This document shows, piece after piece, positions 28,880-44,369 of a stretch of DNA of 64,000 bases. The stretch is from the human T2T-CHM13v2.0 reference genome, Homo sapiens. The notes beneath the pieces were generated by a model. The model ran no database searches. It saw only the letters and a program-made list of their open reading frames with translations, and had not been told where the DNA came from. A program made the position numbers and the translations under genes. The stretch's first letter is position 1, and the number at the start of each line of letters is the position of its first letter. The DNA is taken from assembly GCF_009914755.1 (NCBI RefSeq), contig NC_060940.1; one strand, 5' to 3'.

Positions 28880-31802
28880 TGTGGTGAATCAATCTTTAGC
28901 ATTTTTTTCTTGTCCAAAAACCAGTATTAGATTACCAAACCAGTCAAGTAAACATGCTTAGTACATCAAAAAAGCAGGTGAAAGATATATCCAGAAAGTT
29001 GACAGAAGCCTATTAACCCATCATATTTTATTCATGACACTGCTGTTTAAACTGCATAGCAACATCATCTGGGAAGCCGAGAACCCCCAAGAGAAAGTGT
29101 GGAGTTCCACTCCAGGTCAGGAAAAAGATATAATCCAATAGAAAACCACTTTGAGAATTCTTCTTTCACATTTTCTTACGTTGTCTTATTAAGGTACCCT
29201 AGCTGTAGAAAACTGACTATCCTAGGTGTGGGAGGGATTAGATAATTAGTCATTGGAATTTTCTGTGTTGTACTCATAACCTACAGGGTAAAAAGGGCAT
29301 AGAAAGAAAATTACTTATAGGGAGCACAGATAAAACCATTATGCATTGACTTTGAAAGAATTATAATACAATCAGAGCTAACAGATAATTATAGTACCAT
29401 TAAGCTAATGAGTTAATTACTATATTAATTGGCAGGTTAATGGGACTCCAATATGGAATTTTAAAGTCTGCACTTAAATTTCAGAGAAATAATATGTTAC
29501 ATTAAGAATTTTCTCCAGATAACGTATCTGTACAAAAATACAATTTGTTTTCCCCACGGAGAATTCCTGATTGAATTTTGATTCCCCTTTGATCAGTATG
29601 TTGGAAACACTTAAATAAGAAAGCATAATAGACAACAATATGTCATAATTACAAATAATTTTTAGTAAGTAAACATGGGATTTGAGATATAACATCACAT
29701 GTGTTTTAACTTGATTTTTGTTTATCAAAACATAATTTAAGTAAAGGTGTCATTTGTCTCTTTTTGATATTTGTTGCCTTTTGCATTTCTTTTGAAGACA
29801 AATCACATTCAGCTCAGCATGGGACAAGTCATTCCAACATGCATTATATTTGTTCTCCTCCTTCCAGCTGGTTTACAGAGAATGCAAACTTGTATAAATA
29901 AATTCTGGGCTAACAATGTTGGAAGTATGATTAGTTAGAAAAATTATAGGCTCTGTAGTTTCAGAATCAAAATTTTATATTTCAATTTAATTAGAAATAT
30001 TTCATTTTCATAATTTCCAGGTAGATATTTTCAGAATTGAATTAAGTTGTAGGACACCAGCTACTGTTGCAAAATTGATTAGTATAGGGAAATAACCCCT
30101 ATACATTTGATGTCCTATGCCTTTTGTGAATGGAGATATTTCATAGTACCATTATCACCAAAAATTTATATGTTGCAACCCTAATTCTAATGCAGCAGTA
30201 TTTGGACATGGAGTTTTTGGGATCTAATTTGTTCATGAGGATGGGACCCTCATAAATGGGATTAGCAGTTTTCTAAGGAGAGGACAGAGAGATAGCTAGC
30301 TTTCTTTCTGCCATGTGAGAATAGAATGAGAAGCTGGCTGTCGGCAAATCAGGAAGTGGGCACTCACCAGATACTAGTTCTACTAGCACCTTGATCTTGA
30401 AGTTCTTAGACTTTACAGTCTTCAGAATTGTGAGAAATAGATGTACTCTGTTTAAGTTACGCAGTCTATAGCACTTTGTTACAGCAGCCTAAACTGACTA
30501 AGACAGAAATTGCTACTGAGCCATGGGGTTCTACTGCAACAAATACCTAAAAATGTGGAAGTGGCTTTGGGACTAGGAATGGATAGAGACTGGAAGAGTT
30601 TTGAAATAAATGATAGAAGAAGCTGAGATTGTCATGAAGGGAATTTTAAAAGCAATTCTGAAAAGGGCTCAGAAACGGAAGAGAGATCTGTAGGAAAAGC
30701 TCTGTGTTTGTAGAGAATACAGAAATAGTCCTGCACAGAATGCTGGTAGAAATGTGGACAGTGAAGGCCATTCTGATGAGGTTTCAGACAGAAATGAGGA
30801 GCATACTATTAATGAAGGAAAGGTGATCCTTGTTATAATGTGGCACATAACTTGTCTGAATTGCATTTGTCTTCTAGTGCTGTGGCAGGCAGAACTTGCC
30901 AGCAGAAAAATTGTATATTTATCTTAACAACATTCTAAGCAAAGTGTTTTCGGAGCAGCTCGGTTCCTCCTGGCTGATTAGGGTAAAATGCAAGGAGAGA
31001 GAAATGATTTGAATTTGGAATTATTAAGCAAAAGAAATCAGAACTTAACAATTTAGACATTTATCAGCCTGTCTGTATTGGCAAAAGTCAGAAAACATGT
31101 TTGAAAGAGAACACTAAGGCCGTGACCAAGCAACAGTTTGACAAGGAGTTTAGTGTGGATGTGAACTATGGACTTAGATTATCCGCTATCCCAGCAGGAA
31201 CACTGCTAGTTTGAACTAAAGGGGAAGGAGACTGGGAAAAATCAAGGAAGGTTTTTGAGGTTTTTGTACTTACTTGATTTATAGAGCAGGACCATAGAGC
31301 TATTCAACTGAGGACATGTTCTATTCTGCAAAGCAATGGAAGAATAACCTTGAGGATAATTCAGAAATTATCTGGCCTGACTTTTGGGTTTCAATAGCAG
31401 GGAGGGTGAAATTGCCTTGCTTTCAGCAGGCTAGGTAACCTCTGCCTAAAGCCAGGAGGGAGGTGCTAACCAAAACTGTGGGGCTTAAGCCCTGCCTGAC
31501 AGAACATGAGAAACAGGACCCCTACCAAGCTGAGCTGTGGGTATGGGGCCACTTCTCCAGTGAGTGTGGAAGGTGGGATCAGAAGCACCTTCTCCAGTAG
31601 TCCTGGAGAGCTGAGAATGCAACCAAAGGGGTTTATTCTCAAGCCTTACCATCTTGTGGAGTTTGCCCTTCTAGATTTGGAACTTGCTTGGTACCCATTA
31701 CATCCTCTTTCTTCCTTATTTTTCCCTTTTGAAATGGAAATGTCTATCCTATGCCTATCCCACCATTGTATGAGGAAGTACATAGTTGTTTGGTTTTACA
31801 GT

Positions 31803-32685
<883 letters not shown>

Positions 32686-33834
32686 GATTCACAGCTGGAA
32701 AGGAATTCTGCATCAGGATAAATTGTACTTCTAGTCTCAGTCATACCTGATTTAGGTATTTAAAGGAGATTTTTCACTTAGACTTTAGAGTTTATGGTGG
32801 GATAAGCTAAGACTTTGGGGGCTTTTTGAATAGAATAGATTTTGCATGTGAGAAGAATATGAATTTTGTGAGGCCAGAAGCAGAAGACAATGGAGTAAAT
32901 TTTTTTTTCCTGAAATTCATATGTTGAAACCCTGATCCCAATATGATGGCATTTGGAGGTGGGGCCTTTGGGAAATAAGAGTGGAGTTCTCATGAATGGG
33001 ATTATAAAAAGAGACCCGAGGGCTAGCAAACTCTCTTTCCACCATGTGAGGATACAACGAGAAATTGATTGTCTGCAAACCAGGAAGTGTGCCTTCAACA
33101 GACACTGGATCTACTGGCACCTTGACTTTAGACTTCTGATAAAATAATAATTGCTAACACTTTTCTAAGTTCTGTGAGTCATCTTAGTGAATTATTGAAA
33201 TTGAATATGGATTGTGGAAACCCCTGAATTTGTAGCTGTCCTAGGTGAGAGAACTTCAGAAGAAGTAGATTAAACATAAATCCTGAAGCTATGACCAAAT
33301 TGCATGCATGTGTTTTTTTTTACACTTGATTTCAATGTTATTTATAATTTTACACATTTTTTTCAGCTCACAACTCAACAATTGTCCTTTTAATAATCAT
33401 GCTAACTCAAGATTAAATGTAACAACTGACTCTCAGTTTAAAGCATCTCAAAAATTTCACTGTCCTCTTACAATACTTTTTTCCCCAAGATACCACAGTG
33501 CTTTAGAAATACTAGTGATTTCTCAAAGCATGTCTTGACTGGTGACTTTATTCCAAGTTTTACAAAGGTAAAATTAGAGAAAAATCTGTAATTACTCTAA
33601 TATTCACACTTAAAATGTGAAATAGCTGCTGGAAGACTCAAGAAAAGAGCATTGTTTAGATAGCGTAAGCTAGGCAAAACACAGAACACAAGAGAGCATT
33701 TTATGGCCTGAAATTTTGTAAATTACCCTTTCTGTAAAAAGGCATCATTACAAGATGCAAAGTATCTGTTTACCTATTTTATCTGTACCCCAAAGATGCT
33801 GTTGCATGGTATCTGAAAAGAGATTGGCAAAGTT

Positions 33835-34766
33835 GTGATGCCCCACAAGCCGCAAAACCAGCAAGTTTTTATTAGTGATTTTCAAAGGGGAGGGAGTGTA
33901 TGAATAGGGTGTGGGTTATAGAGATCAAGTGCTTCACAAGGTAATAGAATATCACAAGGCAAATGGAGGCAGGGCGAGATCACAGGACCACAGGACAGGG
34001 CGAAATTAAAATTGCTAATGAAGTTTCGGGCATGCATTGTCATTGATAACATCTTATCAGGAGACAGGGTTTGTGAGCAGACAACCGGTCTGACCAAAAA
34101 TTTATTAGGCAGGAATTTTCTCATCCTAATAAGCCTGGGAGTGCCATGGGAGACTGGGGCTTATTTCATCTCTACAGCTCGACCATAAAAGACGGTCACA
34201 CTCAAGGGGACCATTTTAGAAGCCCACCCTCAGGGACGCATTCTCTTTCTCAGGGATGTTCCTTGCTGAGAAAAAGAATTCAGCGATATTTCTCCCATTT
34301 GCTTTTGAAAAAAGAGAAATATGGCTCTGTTCCACCCGGGTCACCGGCGGTCAGAGTTTAAGGTTATCTCTCTTGTTCCCTGAACATTGCTGTTATCCTG
34401 TTCTTTTTTCAAGGTGCCCAGATTTCATATTGTTCAAACACACATGCTCTACAATTTGTGCAGTTAACGCAATCATCACAGTGTCCTGAGGCGACATACA
34501 TCCTCCTCAGCTTATGACATGACAGGATAAAGAGATTAAAGTAAAGACAGGCATAGGAAATCACAAGGGTATTGATTGGGGAAGTGATAAGTGTCCATGA
34601 AATCTTCACAATTTATGTTTAGAGACTGCAGTAAAGACAGGCATAAGAAATTATAAAAGTATTAATTTGGGGTACTAATAAATGTCCATGAAATCTTCAC
34701 AATCCACGTTCTTCTGCCATGGCTTCAGCCAGTCCCTCCGTTCAGGGTCCCTGACTTCCCGCAACA
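33835..34766 (-). mobile_element. MER11 (HERV-K HML-8) LTR, 3' terminus missing
   Basis: Reverse complement starts tgttgcgggaagtcagggaccctgaacggagggactggctgaagccatggc; internal duplicated gtccatgaaatcttcacaat units. Confidence 0.92.
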
Positions 34767-37582
34767 AGAAAGAAAGGGAAAAAGGAAAGGAGAAAGGAAG
34801 TCAAGCAAGAAGAAAGAAAAGAAAAGAAGGAGAAAAAATAACAGCAACTTGATTTAATAAGACACAATGGTTGGTGGACTTCAAGAACAATTGTATGGAG
34901 AAAAGTAAAAGCTTTCTAACTCTTTTAACACAAAAGAGTAGTATCTCAAGGCTTTTAGTTGGTAGAAAGTTTAGACTTACTGCCCTGATGCTCTTAATCA
35001 TAAATTAAACTCTTTGAAAATTGCAAAAAAGTACAAGAAGAAAGCAACTGCTTAATATGATTAGGAGTGATCTGTCACTGGAACTACTCAAGTAACAGTT
35101 AAGACTACTCACATATGCATTAGGGTATACATGGAAACAGGTGTTGCAGAGGTGTCTTGTAAGAATTTTTAGGTTGAACATCATTGAAACACAAAACAAT
35201 TCAGTGTTTAAGAAATATAAGAGGTAATCATCTCACTAAAAGTAGTTTTAATTAATGAAAATCTTGGACTCTCCATGAATGTTTCATGATTTCTTAATTG
35301 TAAAAGAGGAGTTAGAAAGTGTCTGATGCAGATATATAAGTTCACATTTCTAAAATACTTATTTATATTTGTACCCAGAACATATCATTATAGTCAAAAG
35401 AACCCAAAATGTGAAGAATCTAAAAGAAACATTGTTCCAAGAGGAAGATCAAGATGGCAGAGGAAGACCACCTCAAGAGAAATGAATGCATGCAGAGGAA
35501 AGAGACTACGCGGAGGAACGTGAGAAGATGAGTGCATTTAGCATGAAACCTATAACATCTGACCTTTCACCAAGATCATAGCCCAACTCATAGCTGCATG
35601 TTTAATTGGATCACTTAACGTCAGTGTAGACACATCAGTAGAGTGTCTTGGAATGGCCTTTTTTCTCACATCCAAGTCAGGAAGTTAATAGCCCAAAGAG
35701 ATGACATAATAGCAGAAATTTAGATTCCATGTGAATATTCTCTAATTATAACAAAATAATTAGGCTATGTACCAATCCCTTTTCATCTGCCTTTATCAGT
35801 GTTGCCTCAAAAAGAAAGCAGTGAATGCCCTCTCCAAAGTTACTTAGCTTGAGAACCTCCACCTTCTTAGAGGTCCTCTAGTGATAAGTAGAAGATGGAC
35901 TTTCAGGTCCAAAGTGGTGTGATCAAAGTGCGACCCTTCCAACTGAACAACTGAGTGACAGTCAGCAAGTTCCTTTACCATCTTAGCCATAACGTATTCA
36001 TCTGCAAAGTGGGATAATACCTTCTGTAAGAGCAAATGAGGAAAAATACATTTAGTTGCTGTGTGGCTGAGTAGAAGCCTCCCAAAACGGAGCAAAATTA
36101 TGGATTTTATTTCTCTCCAGAGCCTGTGGACCTGAAGCCTTACTGACTCAGAAACTTTATCCTACAAGTGAATCAGTGTGGATGGATTTAGTATTTCAAA
36201 CTCAAAAAAAAAAAGATGCTCAGAAGAGATGAATATGTGGAACTGAATATCTGTGCTTTTATATATACTGTGACATATAATTGCCTAGAAAATTAAATAC
36301 TTTTCCTAATAATGGCAAACTTATTTTAAGAAACAAAATTATGACAAGAAGGGGGTTCAGTGGATTAGAAATTAGGGGCAGGAAGAAGATATGTTATAGG
36401 TTCCTGTTCTCATGTTTCATGACAACTGGGTAAGAAAACCCAATTCAGCTGCTTCTGCAAAAAAATTGCCTTGAAATAGAACTAAAATATTTGCATTGCA
36501 TTGTCCAAGACCCTGTCTTTGAATATGTACTGTGTACCTTGATATCCTTGATTATTTATTATTTGCTCCCTTCCTAAGCAACTATCCTCTGATTAACAGT
36601 TTTTATTTAATAAAGGATGCTAGGTGTTAATTTAAGAAGTGAAATTTGAAATAAAGCAGACCTGTTACACTCTGGCTCTGCTAACTACAAATTTATCACA
36701 TTGAAAAAATGATTTACCAATTGGTATTTGAGTTTCTTGTATGTAAAATGTTTTTAATAACCATGCCTGATTCATTGGTTTGTTTTTTTTTGGAATAAGG
36801 AAAATAGTGTGGTTCTCTATTTTGGTTCTATTGTTGTTCCCACTTTATAGATTAGTAAACTCAGGTTTACAGAAGTTAAATGACGTAGCCGATACTAAAA
36901 CACTGCTAAATACATGATTCAGGAATCAAACACAAATGTAGTGACCTGACAACTCAACTGCTTAACCACAGTTCCATACAGGAAGCTGGCAGGCTACCAT
37001 ATCCAGCCTTTTAAAGTGGCAAATGAGCTTGATTGCATAAACTCTTCTGAAATCTGCTCACCATACATAGTAAGGGATATAGTGAAGAAAATGTCCCCTA
37101 TTTGGCGTCTTCCTCAGTGCTAGACACCCACTTTTTTTTCTGTTGGTTCCTTGGGTTTTTATGTTAAACTCCCTTGTTTTAACTACCTTTGTTCTGCTAA
37201 CATTTTGTGGCCATTATTAGGAAAAGCTCTTTCCTATTTATAATAAGAGGAAACCATGTAATTGTTATGTTCATGTTAGGTGTAAATAAACTCCATTTTG
37301 CTTAGATTAATGGTAACATGAGTGTCTTCAACTTTCCCCTAATTCCCTCACACTTTCCTTTCCCTCAAATTCTCCCTGATCATCTCTGCTCTGTAGCCCC
37401 CCAGTGTGTTCCTCAAGAGGTCCCAATGGTATGTGTAAAACGTGTGCATATGACAGGTAGTAACTGCCAAAAACCTATGTGTGCAATTGCAATTCACATA
37501 AACCAATCCACCTGCAATCCAATTCAACTTGCCTGCCTTTCTTCCTAGCCCTAGGTGTAATTTTGTTTCTGTGGTTGGCTTA

Positions 37583-38012
37583 TGTATTAGTCTGTTTTGC
37601 GTTGCTAGAAAGGATTACCTGAAGCTGGGTGGTTTATAAGGAAAAGAGATTTATTTAGCTCAGGGTTCTGTAGGCTGTGCAAGAAGCATGGCACTGGCAT
37701 CTGCTTCTGGTGAGGGTCTCAGGGAGCTTCCAATCATGGTTGAAGCGGAGTTGACATCACAAGGTCAGAGAAAGGAAGCAAGAGAGAGGAAGAAAAGTGG
37801 GGGGGGGAAGTGCCAGGCTCTTTTTAACGAATCAGATCTCATGGGAACTAATAGAGCAAGAAGTCACTCCTTATTACCACGAGGACAGCACCAAGATGTT
37901 CATCAGAGATCTGCCCCTATGACCCAAACACCTTCCACCAGGCCCCACTTCCAACACTGGGAATCAAATTTCTACGTGAGATTTGGAAGGAATAGATAGC
38001 CAAACTATATCA
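37583..38012 (-). mobile_element. MSTB-like solo LTR
   Basis: tgtattagtctgtttt ... ccaaactatatca; TSD gctta/gcttg. Confidence 0.9.
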
Positions 38013-39017
38013 GCTTGTTTCCTTTTTTGCCTTGGACCCCACTTGTGGAGAAACCTCTTCAATTCAGATACTTTTCTGCTGGGTACTAATAAAGGTTTGT
38101 GTATTACATCCAGTGTCTGCCATGTCATCAGTTCAGTGATCCAATAAATTTCTGGGAGCATCACCACCAAATCTCTTAGTCCATTAAAAATATTGTTTAA
38201 TTAGTATCTTCTAATTTTTGAATGTCATTCCCCTTTCAAAAGGCTTTATGAAGACACCAAATCTAAAATAAATTCAAGCGCACTGCTATCACCCCAAAAA
38301 CTACCTAAAATTCAACACCTCATTGACTTTCTTCTTTCCCCAGAAATCCCTCTTTTTCTCATATTTTTGTTGAAGCTGCAAAGCTCTTTCTTATCAAACA
38401 TACATTTTATTCATTTATTTATCAATTTCTGATCACCAATTGTGCAAGGTTACCAGAGGACAAAAAGATTAAAACATTGGTAACTTTAGTTACCATTGCT
38501 TCCTTTTCTTTTGCAGCTTGGAAATCTAATTAGATGGAAGCCATCAACTTTCCATGCTTTATCTTTTCTTACTAACATTTGTCTTATGTTTTTTGTTTGT
38601 TTGTCTTTAATTTGTATTGTTACCCAAGTTCAGGACTCTATTTTTTTACTTTATGGATATTTCAGTAGCTTCTACTTCATTTCCATAATAGAAATGAACT
38701 TCTGGCATTTATGACCACAGATAGACAGAAAGAGCAAGAGTATCTTGTATCATATAAACTCATTTTCTCTGTTCTTAAAAACACCCAGTAGTTATAATCA
38801 ATTATAGAATAAAATTGAAATTCTGTTGTAATGCTATTAATTCCAAACATTCCACCCATCTAACATTATGTTTTACTACTTTGTAAATTAATAGCTTTTA
38901 ACTCTCTTCGTTAGGCTTTCTTGAACCAACAATGACCTTTCTTATTCTAAATCCATCCATTAAAATCCTTTTTAATTTTTTCTAATATTTGATTTTGAAA
39001 AATTTTAAACTTATTCT

Positions 39018-39238
39018 CCAACCTTACCTACATGATGAAACCCTGTCTCTACTAAGAATACAAATTAGCTGGGCGTGGTGGTGCACACCTGTAATCCCAG
39101 CTATTTGTGAGGCTGAGGCAGGAGAATTGCCTGAAGCCCGGGAGGCAGAGGTTGCAGTGAGCTGAGATTGCGCCATTGCACTCCAGCCTACCTGGGCAAT
39201 AACAGTGAAACCCCATCTCAAAAAAAAAAAAAAAAAAA
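39018..39238 (+). mobile_element. 5'-truncated AluS (Sq/Sp-like)
   Basis: Starts within the left monomer, has a complete right monomer and an A19 tail. Confidence 0.9.
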
Positions 39239-39559
39239 TGGTTCAAAGGACTTTACTAGAGAAGCTTTAATTCTCTGACCCCATCAACACACATAAACAC
39301 CCACTTACATGTACAAACATACACTAGATCCACTTGATATTGAATGATCAACATCTTGATACTTCATCCTTAAATACTTCAGTATTTATGTCGTAAAACA
39401 GGGAATTACCCCCAAACAAGGTAGACACTCGTCTACCTACTTGTCTACGTAGTTTTGATTTCAGCTGCTGCAATGGTAGATAGTTCTTATTTACACTGAA
39501 AGATTACTATATTTTATGTACCTTGCCATATATATGAACATTTCTTCTCCATCAGAACT

Positions 39560-39887
39560 TACCTTAGCAAATGTACTTGGAAATATAGGTAAAATAACAC
39601 CCACAGGAAGCTACTTTCAGTGGATAAATATCCCAGTCCTTTGTCTTTCAGTTAATGTTTCTGGTGTGTATTCTATGCAGGTTTTCAGAGAATTCCTAGA
39701 GGAATAGATACCCAGATATCTAGCTTAAACAGTTCTGCTAAAGCTGTACCATTTATAGAAGGAATCTGCTTCCCTGTCTCACTCTCCGCACTGCAATTCT
39801 TCTTTCTGGAATCACCTTCAAAATAAATTACGCACATACAAGCTGTTGTCTCCAGCTCTCATTTTAGAAGAATCAAATCTAATACTA
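39560..39887 (+). mobile_element. LTR16-like ERVL LTR fragment
   Basis: ggataaatatcccagtc...cttccctgtctcactctcc...ggaatcaccttcaaaataaattacgcacatacaa. Confidence 0.6.
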
Positions 39888-40754
39888 TAACGAACAAATC
39901 TAACACTGATTCAGTTTTATTATTTAATATCCTATTTATATTCAGATTTGTTTAATTGTCCAAAAATGTTTTTCTCTCCAATCCAGAATTCAATTAAAAA
40001 TCACACATTCTATTTGGTTGTATTTTAAGTCAAAACACCTCTCTTCCATCTTTTTTCTTTTTCCTTGTGGCATTGACAATTTGAAATAGTTTAGGCCAGT
40101 TTTCTTGTAGAATGCCTCACAATCCAGATTTGTCTGATTTCTTTCCCTGTGGTTACTTTCAGGTTAAATATTATGTCAAGTGATATATAATTCCCATTGA
40201 GTAGTGTCAGAAAACAGCTTTCCAGTTTCTGAAGACTCAATTCTATCTGACCTCTGTATTAGAAAGCACTTTTTTTTCCTGCTCATTCTACAAAGTTGCC
40301 ATTACTGTTTGTGAACTGTGAAATTTTATAGCATATGTTCTGTTTCACACAAACAGATTTCCATGTATACCTGAGCACTCCACCATAATTGATAAGCCTG
40401 GAGAAATTCATGATTATATCTTGGTCACCTTTTCTGTCTCTCAAGTGACTTTCAAAATGTTCATGATTTTCAACTCAGTTAATGAAAATATAAATAACCT
40501 CAATATTAGTTTTAGGTGAAAACTTGAGTTGTTAAAACTAAACTTTAGTTGTTAAAAAGTTCAACTCCTCTTCCTATAATATTAATTGGCATAGTGATAA
40601 TGCTTTTTTCACTTAATAATCTCTAAGAATAAATAAATTAGCTTCAGCATAGGTGGGGTCATCTAATCACAGGATACTTAATAAAATCTGCTTATCCATA
40701 CCTTCATACAAAAATCCACATATGTCCACAGATACATATTTGTATATGTATTTC

Positions 40755-41193
40755 TTTTGTTTGTTTGTTTAATTATACTTCAAGTTCTGGGATACATGTG
40801 CAGAACATGCAGGTTTGTTACACAGGTATACACGCGCCATGGTGGTTTGCTGCACCCAACAACCCATCATCTACATTAGGTATTTCTCCTAATGCTATCC
40901 CTCCTCTAGCCCTCCACCCCCGTATGGTCCCTGGTGTGTGATATTCCCCTCCCTGTGTCCATGTGTTCTCATTGTTCAACTCCCACTTATGAGTGAGAAC
41001 ATGCAGTGTTTGGTTTTCTGTTCCTGTGTTAGTTTGCTGAGAATGATGGTTTCCAGCTTAACCCATGTCCCTGCAAAGGACATGAACTCATCCTTTTTTG
41101 TGGTGTCATAGTATTCCATGGTGTATATGTGCCACATTCTCTTTATCCAGTCTATCATTGATGGGCATTTGGGTTGGTTTGAAGTCTTTGCTA
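40755..41193 (-). mobile_element. L1PA7-like 5'-truncated element
   Basis: 3' UTR aagttctgggatacatgtgcagaac...; TSD tatatgtatttc at 40743-40754 and 41194-41205. Confidence 0.92.
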
Positions 41194-43585
41194 TATATGT
41201 ATTTCCATGGGTTTTTGATGTTTTCTGGGAAAAAAGTAGTCTTTTTTTTTAATTATGAAAAAAGGTGTGTTATTTCAGTAATTGAGCACTAAATTTTTTT
41301 TGACATTTTCATCTTTAGAAATATAGCCTATTCACAATCAGTGATTGTTAAATTTGGAAACTGTTCATTTTCTTGGTAAGTTTGCCCGTTTCAGAATGCA
41401 CATACCATGCAAGCTGTTGCACCATGATTTTTTAAACACATCTTACAGAGAATTGAACTTAAAATCCATGTGGTGAAGGAAATAAATTTACTCTTTATCC
41501 TAGTTTTTGCAATGACAGGGTATTTTATTGATCTCCCACTCTTTGCTCACCTACTCAGCCATTATGTGCTAACCAAATATTACCTGAATTGGCTATAGTT
41601 TTTTTTGTGTGTATTTTTTCCAGGTCTACAATAGCACCACAAAACCTGCCACTCAAAACGTCTCTACAAGGGGTTATCTATTTCAAGTCGTAAAGGAGAT
41701 TGAATAGATGGGAAAAAAGGGAAACTTCTCTTAACAAAAGTATTACTTTCTATTATAATATCACCCTGTCAAACATTTTATCCTGTGGCTACTTGAACTT
41801 TGAAAGGAATGCCATACTTCCTTTCTTTCCAAAACTCTAATCACTCTAGTCCTTCAGATAACAATCTAGCAAAACGGATTTTCATGTTTGTTGTTCATCT
41901 ATAACATTAGCCAGGTTGATGTTATATTATTTCAGTCCAGCCCAACAGAATTACAGAAATACCAGACCTGTCAGCCCTTGCAGATTAGCTATAACCAATA
42001 TCTAAATTCTGTATCACTCCTTAATTGTATTTTCCTGTTTCTGTTTCAGCTAGCTTTCATCTGATTTCTGGCTTTTTCTTCCATATGCCATTTACAGTAT
42101 GGGCTTTTGACTTTTTGATTTATTATCTGTATCTTATCCCCTCATGTCTTCACTCTTGCTTCCTCATCAAAGACTCAGGCTTCATCTATCTGGTTATCAC
42201 TAAATGGACTTTCACACTAGGGAATCCATTAGATCAATCAGTGTTTCTTTTTTTTCTTCTCATCTTCCTTGGAGTCAGTGAAAATTATACCTTATATTAG
42301 TATACCTTAAGAATACCTCTATTTGCAACATGTTGCATACCTATAATCTTTTCAAGTACTGTGCAATATTCCCAGGATACAGGATACAGAAATAATCAAG
42401 ACTTAGTTCATTAAAGTCAGATAATCTATTGGTCTCCACTTGTTTTAGAGACAACTCTCTGAGCTATGTAAGACTTGGATTTTCATCACTGCGTAGACTG
42501 ATAAAAAGGTTAAGCAACTGGTTCAAGATCATGTGTCCAATAAATCGCTGCTCAGGACAGCCAGAGACCAGATCCTAGAGCCCACCACCCAAACCTATCT
42601 CCAGACAACAAGAAGTCAAGGAACATATTTCTATCACATAATGATTATCAGCATAGATTGACTAGTTGTATCATATTTCAGTTAATTTTTATCTGGTTCC
42701 TGGAATCTGTAAATATCAAAATGCACAGTTATATGACAATGTTAGAACTTTGGTGCAAATGGTTAGATTTATTCTAAATGATATACATTTCTGTTATATG
42801 GCTGTAACCTTATTGAATGAAAACTGAATATTAGTTGGGAAGCATTTGTGTATTCCCTTCAAGAATATTTCTTTTTAAAAGTAAATCATAAATCTATTTG
42901 CAGACACTTTGAAAATGTTGTGGGTAAAATATGAGTTTACCATGAAAATGTTGTAATCACATTCTAGAATCATTTTTTAGGAAAATATTTGTTATATAAG
43001 AAACCAAATATGCCTGTGAATGGCAGATGGTCTTTTTACTTTAAAGGCAGCAATGTCTCACTTTGGTCATTTATACACTCCTTCATTCATTCATCATTGC
43101 ATTCTTTATTTCTTTATCATTTTACTTTTTTAAGTACTTACTATTACCAGGCTCCCATCTTATTGAAAACTTATGGCATCAGTAGATAGTTTTAAGAACG
43201 TCTGACCTTCATGTAGTGCTTTCCACATTTGAGAGAGAAATATAAGTTTTGTTATTGTCATTGTTTTTAATCTGAACTTACAGTTTCCCCTTGGCCCTTT
43301 CCCTCACAACTTAGAGTGCTGAAGGTAGGAAGCAGCAAATTTGAACCATAGAAAACAGATAAGTTAATGCTAAAGGGATTTGAATTGCATTTCAATCTAG
43401 TCTATTGGGAAACTATTAATAGTTTCAGTCATTACCATGTCTTTCTCAAATCTCTAGAGATTTACCTACTGAGTATTATGCCTTTTCAGAGGGACTATAA
43501 GTTTTATTCTGCAGTTAATGGTAACATTGGGCAAGGTGAAGTGTTGACAGAAACAAAGAATAACAAAACGTAAAAACAAGGCAAT

Positions 43586-44085
43586 TGTGTTAGGTTGAAA
43601 ATGGCTTCCCCAAAAGATATCCATGTCCTAGTGCCTGGAACCTGTGAATGTTATCTTTTAAATAGAGTCTTTGTAAGTGTAATTAAGTTAAAGAACTTTA
43701 AGTAAAGAGATTATCCTGGATTACAGGGTGAGCCTTAACTTTAATCACAAATATTGTTTTAAAAATGAGGCAAAAGGATATTTGATAGATGTACAGAGGA
43801 GACAGAGTAGACAGAGAATTGAAAGTGCTAACCTTGAAGATGAGGGTGAAGCAACCACAACCAAAGAAATATTAGCAGCCACCAGAACCCGAAAGAGGCA
43901 AGAAATAGATTTTCCCCTACAGCCTCCATGTGGAGTATGCAGCCTGGGCCCTGCCACACCTTGATGTTGGTCCAGTGATGTTAATTTCATACTTCTGGCA
44001 TCCAGAACTGCAAGAGAACAATGTGTGTTATTTTACATGGCAAGGTTGTGGTACTTTGTTAGAGCAGCCTCAGAAAATTAATACA
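43586..44085 (+). mobile_element. MLT1C-like solo LTR
   Basis: tgtgttaggttgaaaatggcttccccaaaagatatccatgtcc ... gaaaattaataca; TSD gcaat/gtaat. Confidence 0.87.
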
Positions 44086-44369
44086 GTAATATGACCTAAC
44101 CTGTGTTAGATAAATTTCCTTTTAATAAGAACACTGAGAAAACACACTGAGTTAACTGGTGATTGGCTAGAGGTGTGTGACTTTGATAGCTGACAAATTC
44201 TTGAGCATTCCTTTCTTTAACTTTAAAATGGTGGTAATGTAGTACCTTTTCCTCCTTTCAGCCATGAGGGAGAACTGGCTTTACATTCTCACCTTAGAAA
44301 CTAGAAAACTCCAAATATACATATTTTACAATATAATGTATTAATAGAAAACTTGAAGTATAGTAAAGC

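Larger units (their letters stand above)
38965..40200 (-). mobile_element. Old L1M (L1MC4/L1ME-like) 3' UTR fragments
   Basis: ccttaaatacttcagtat...; ggccagttttcttgtagaatgcctcacaatccagatttgtctgatt. Confidence 0.55.

Noticed and set aside
34520-34705. Direct repeats resembling a repeat-spacer array
   Set aside because: Known internal duplication in the MER11 U3; not CRISPR, and the context is eukaryotic.
35430-35530. Purine-rich exon-like stretch with an ATG
   Set aside because: Weak acceptor and donor, and no recognisable product.
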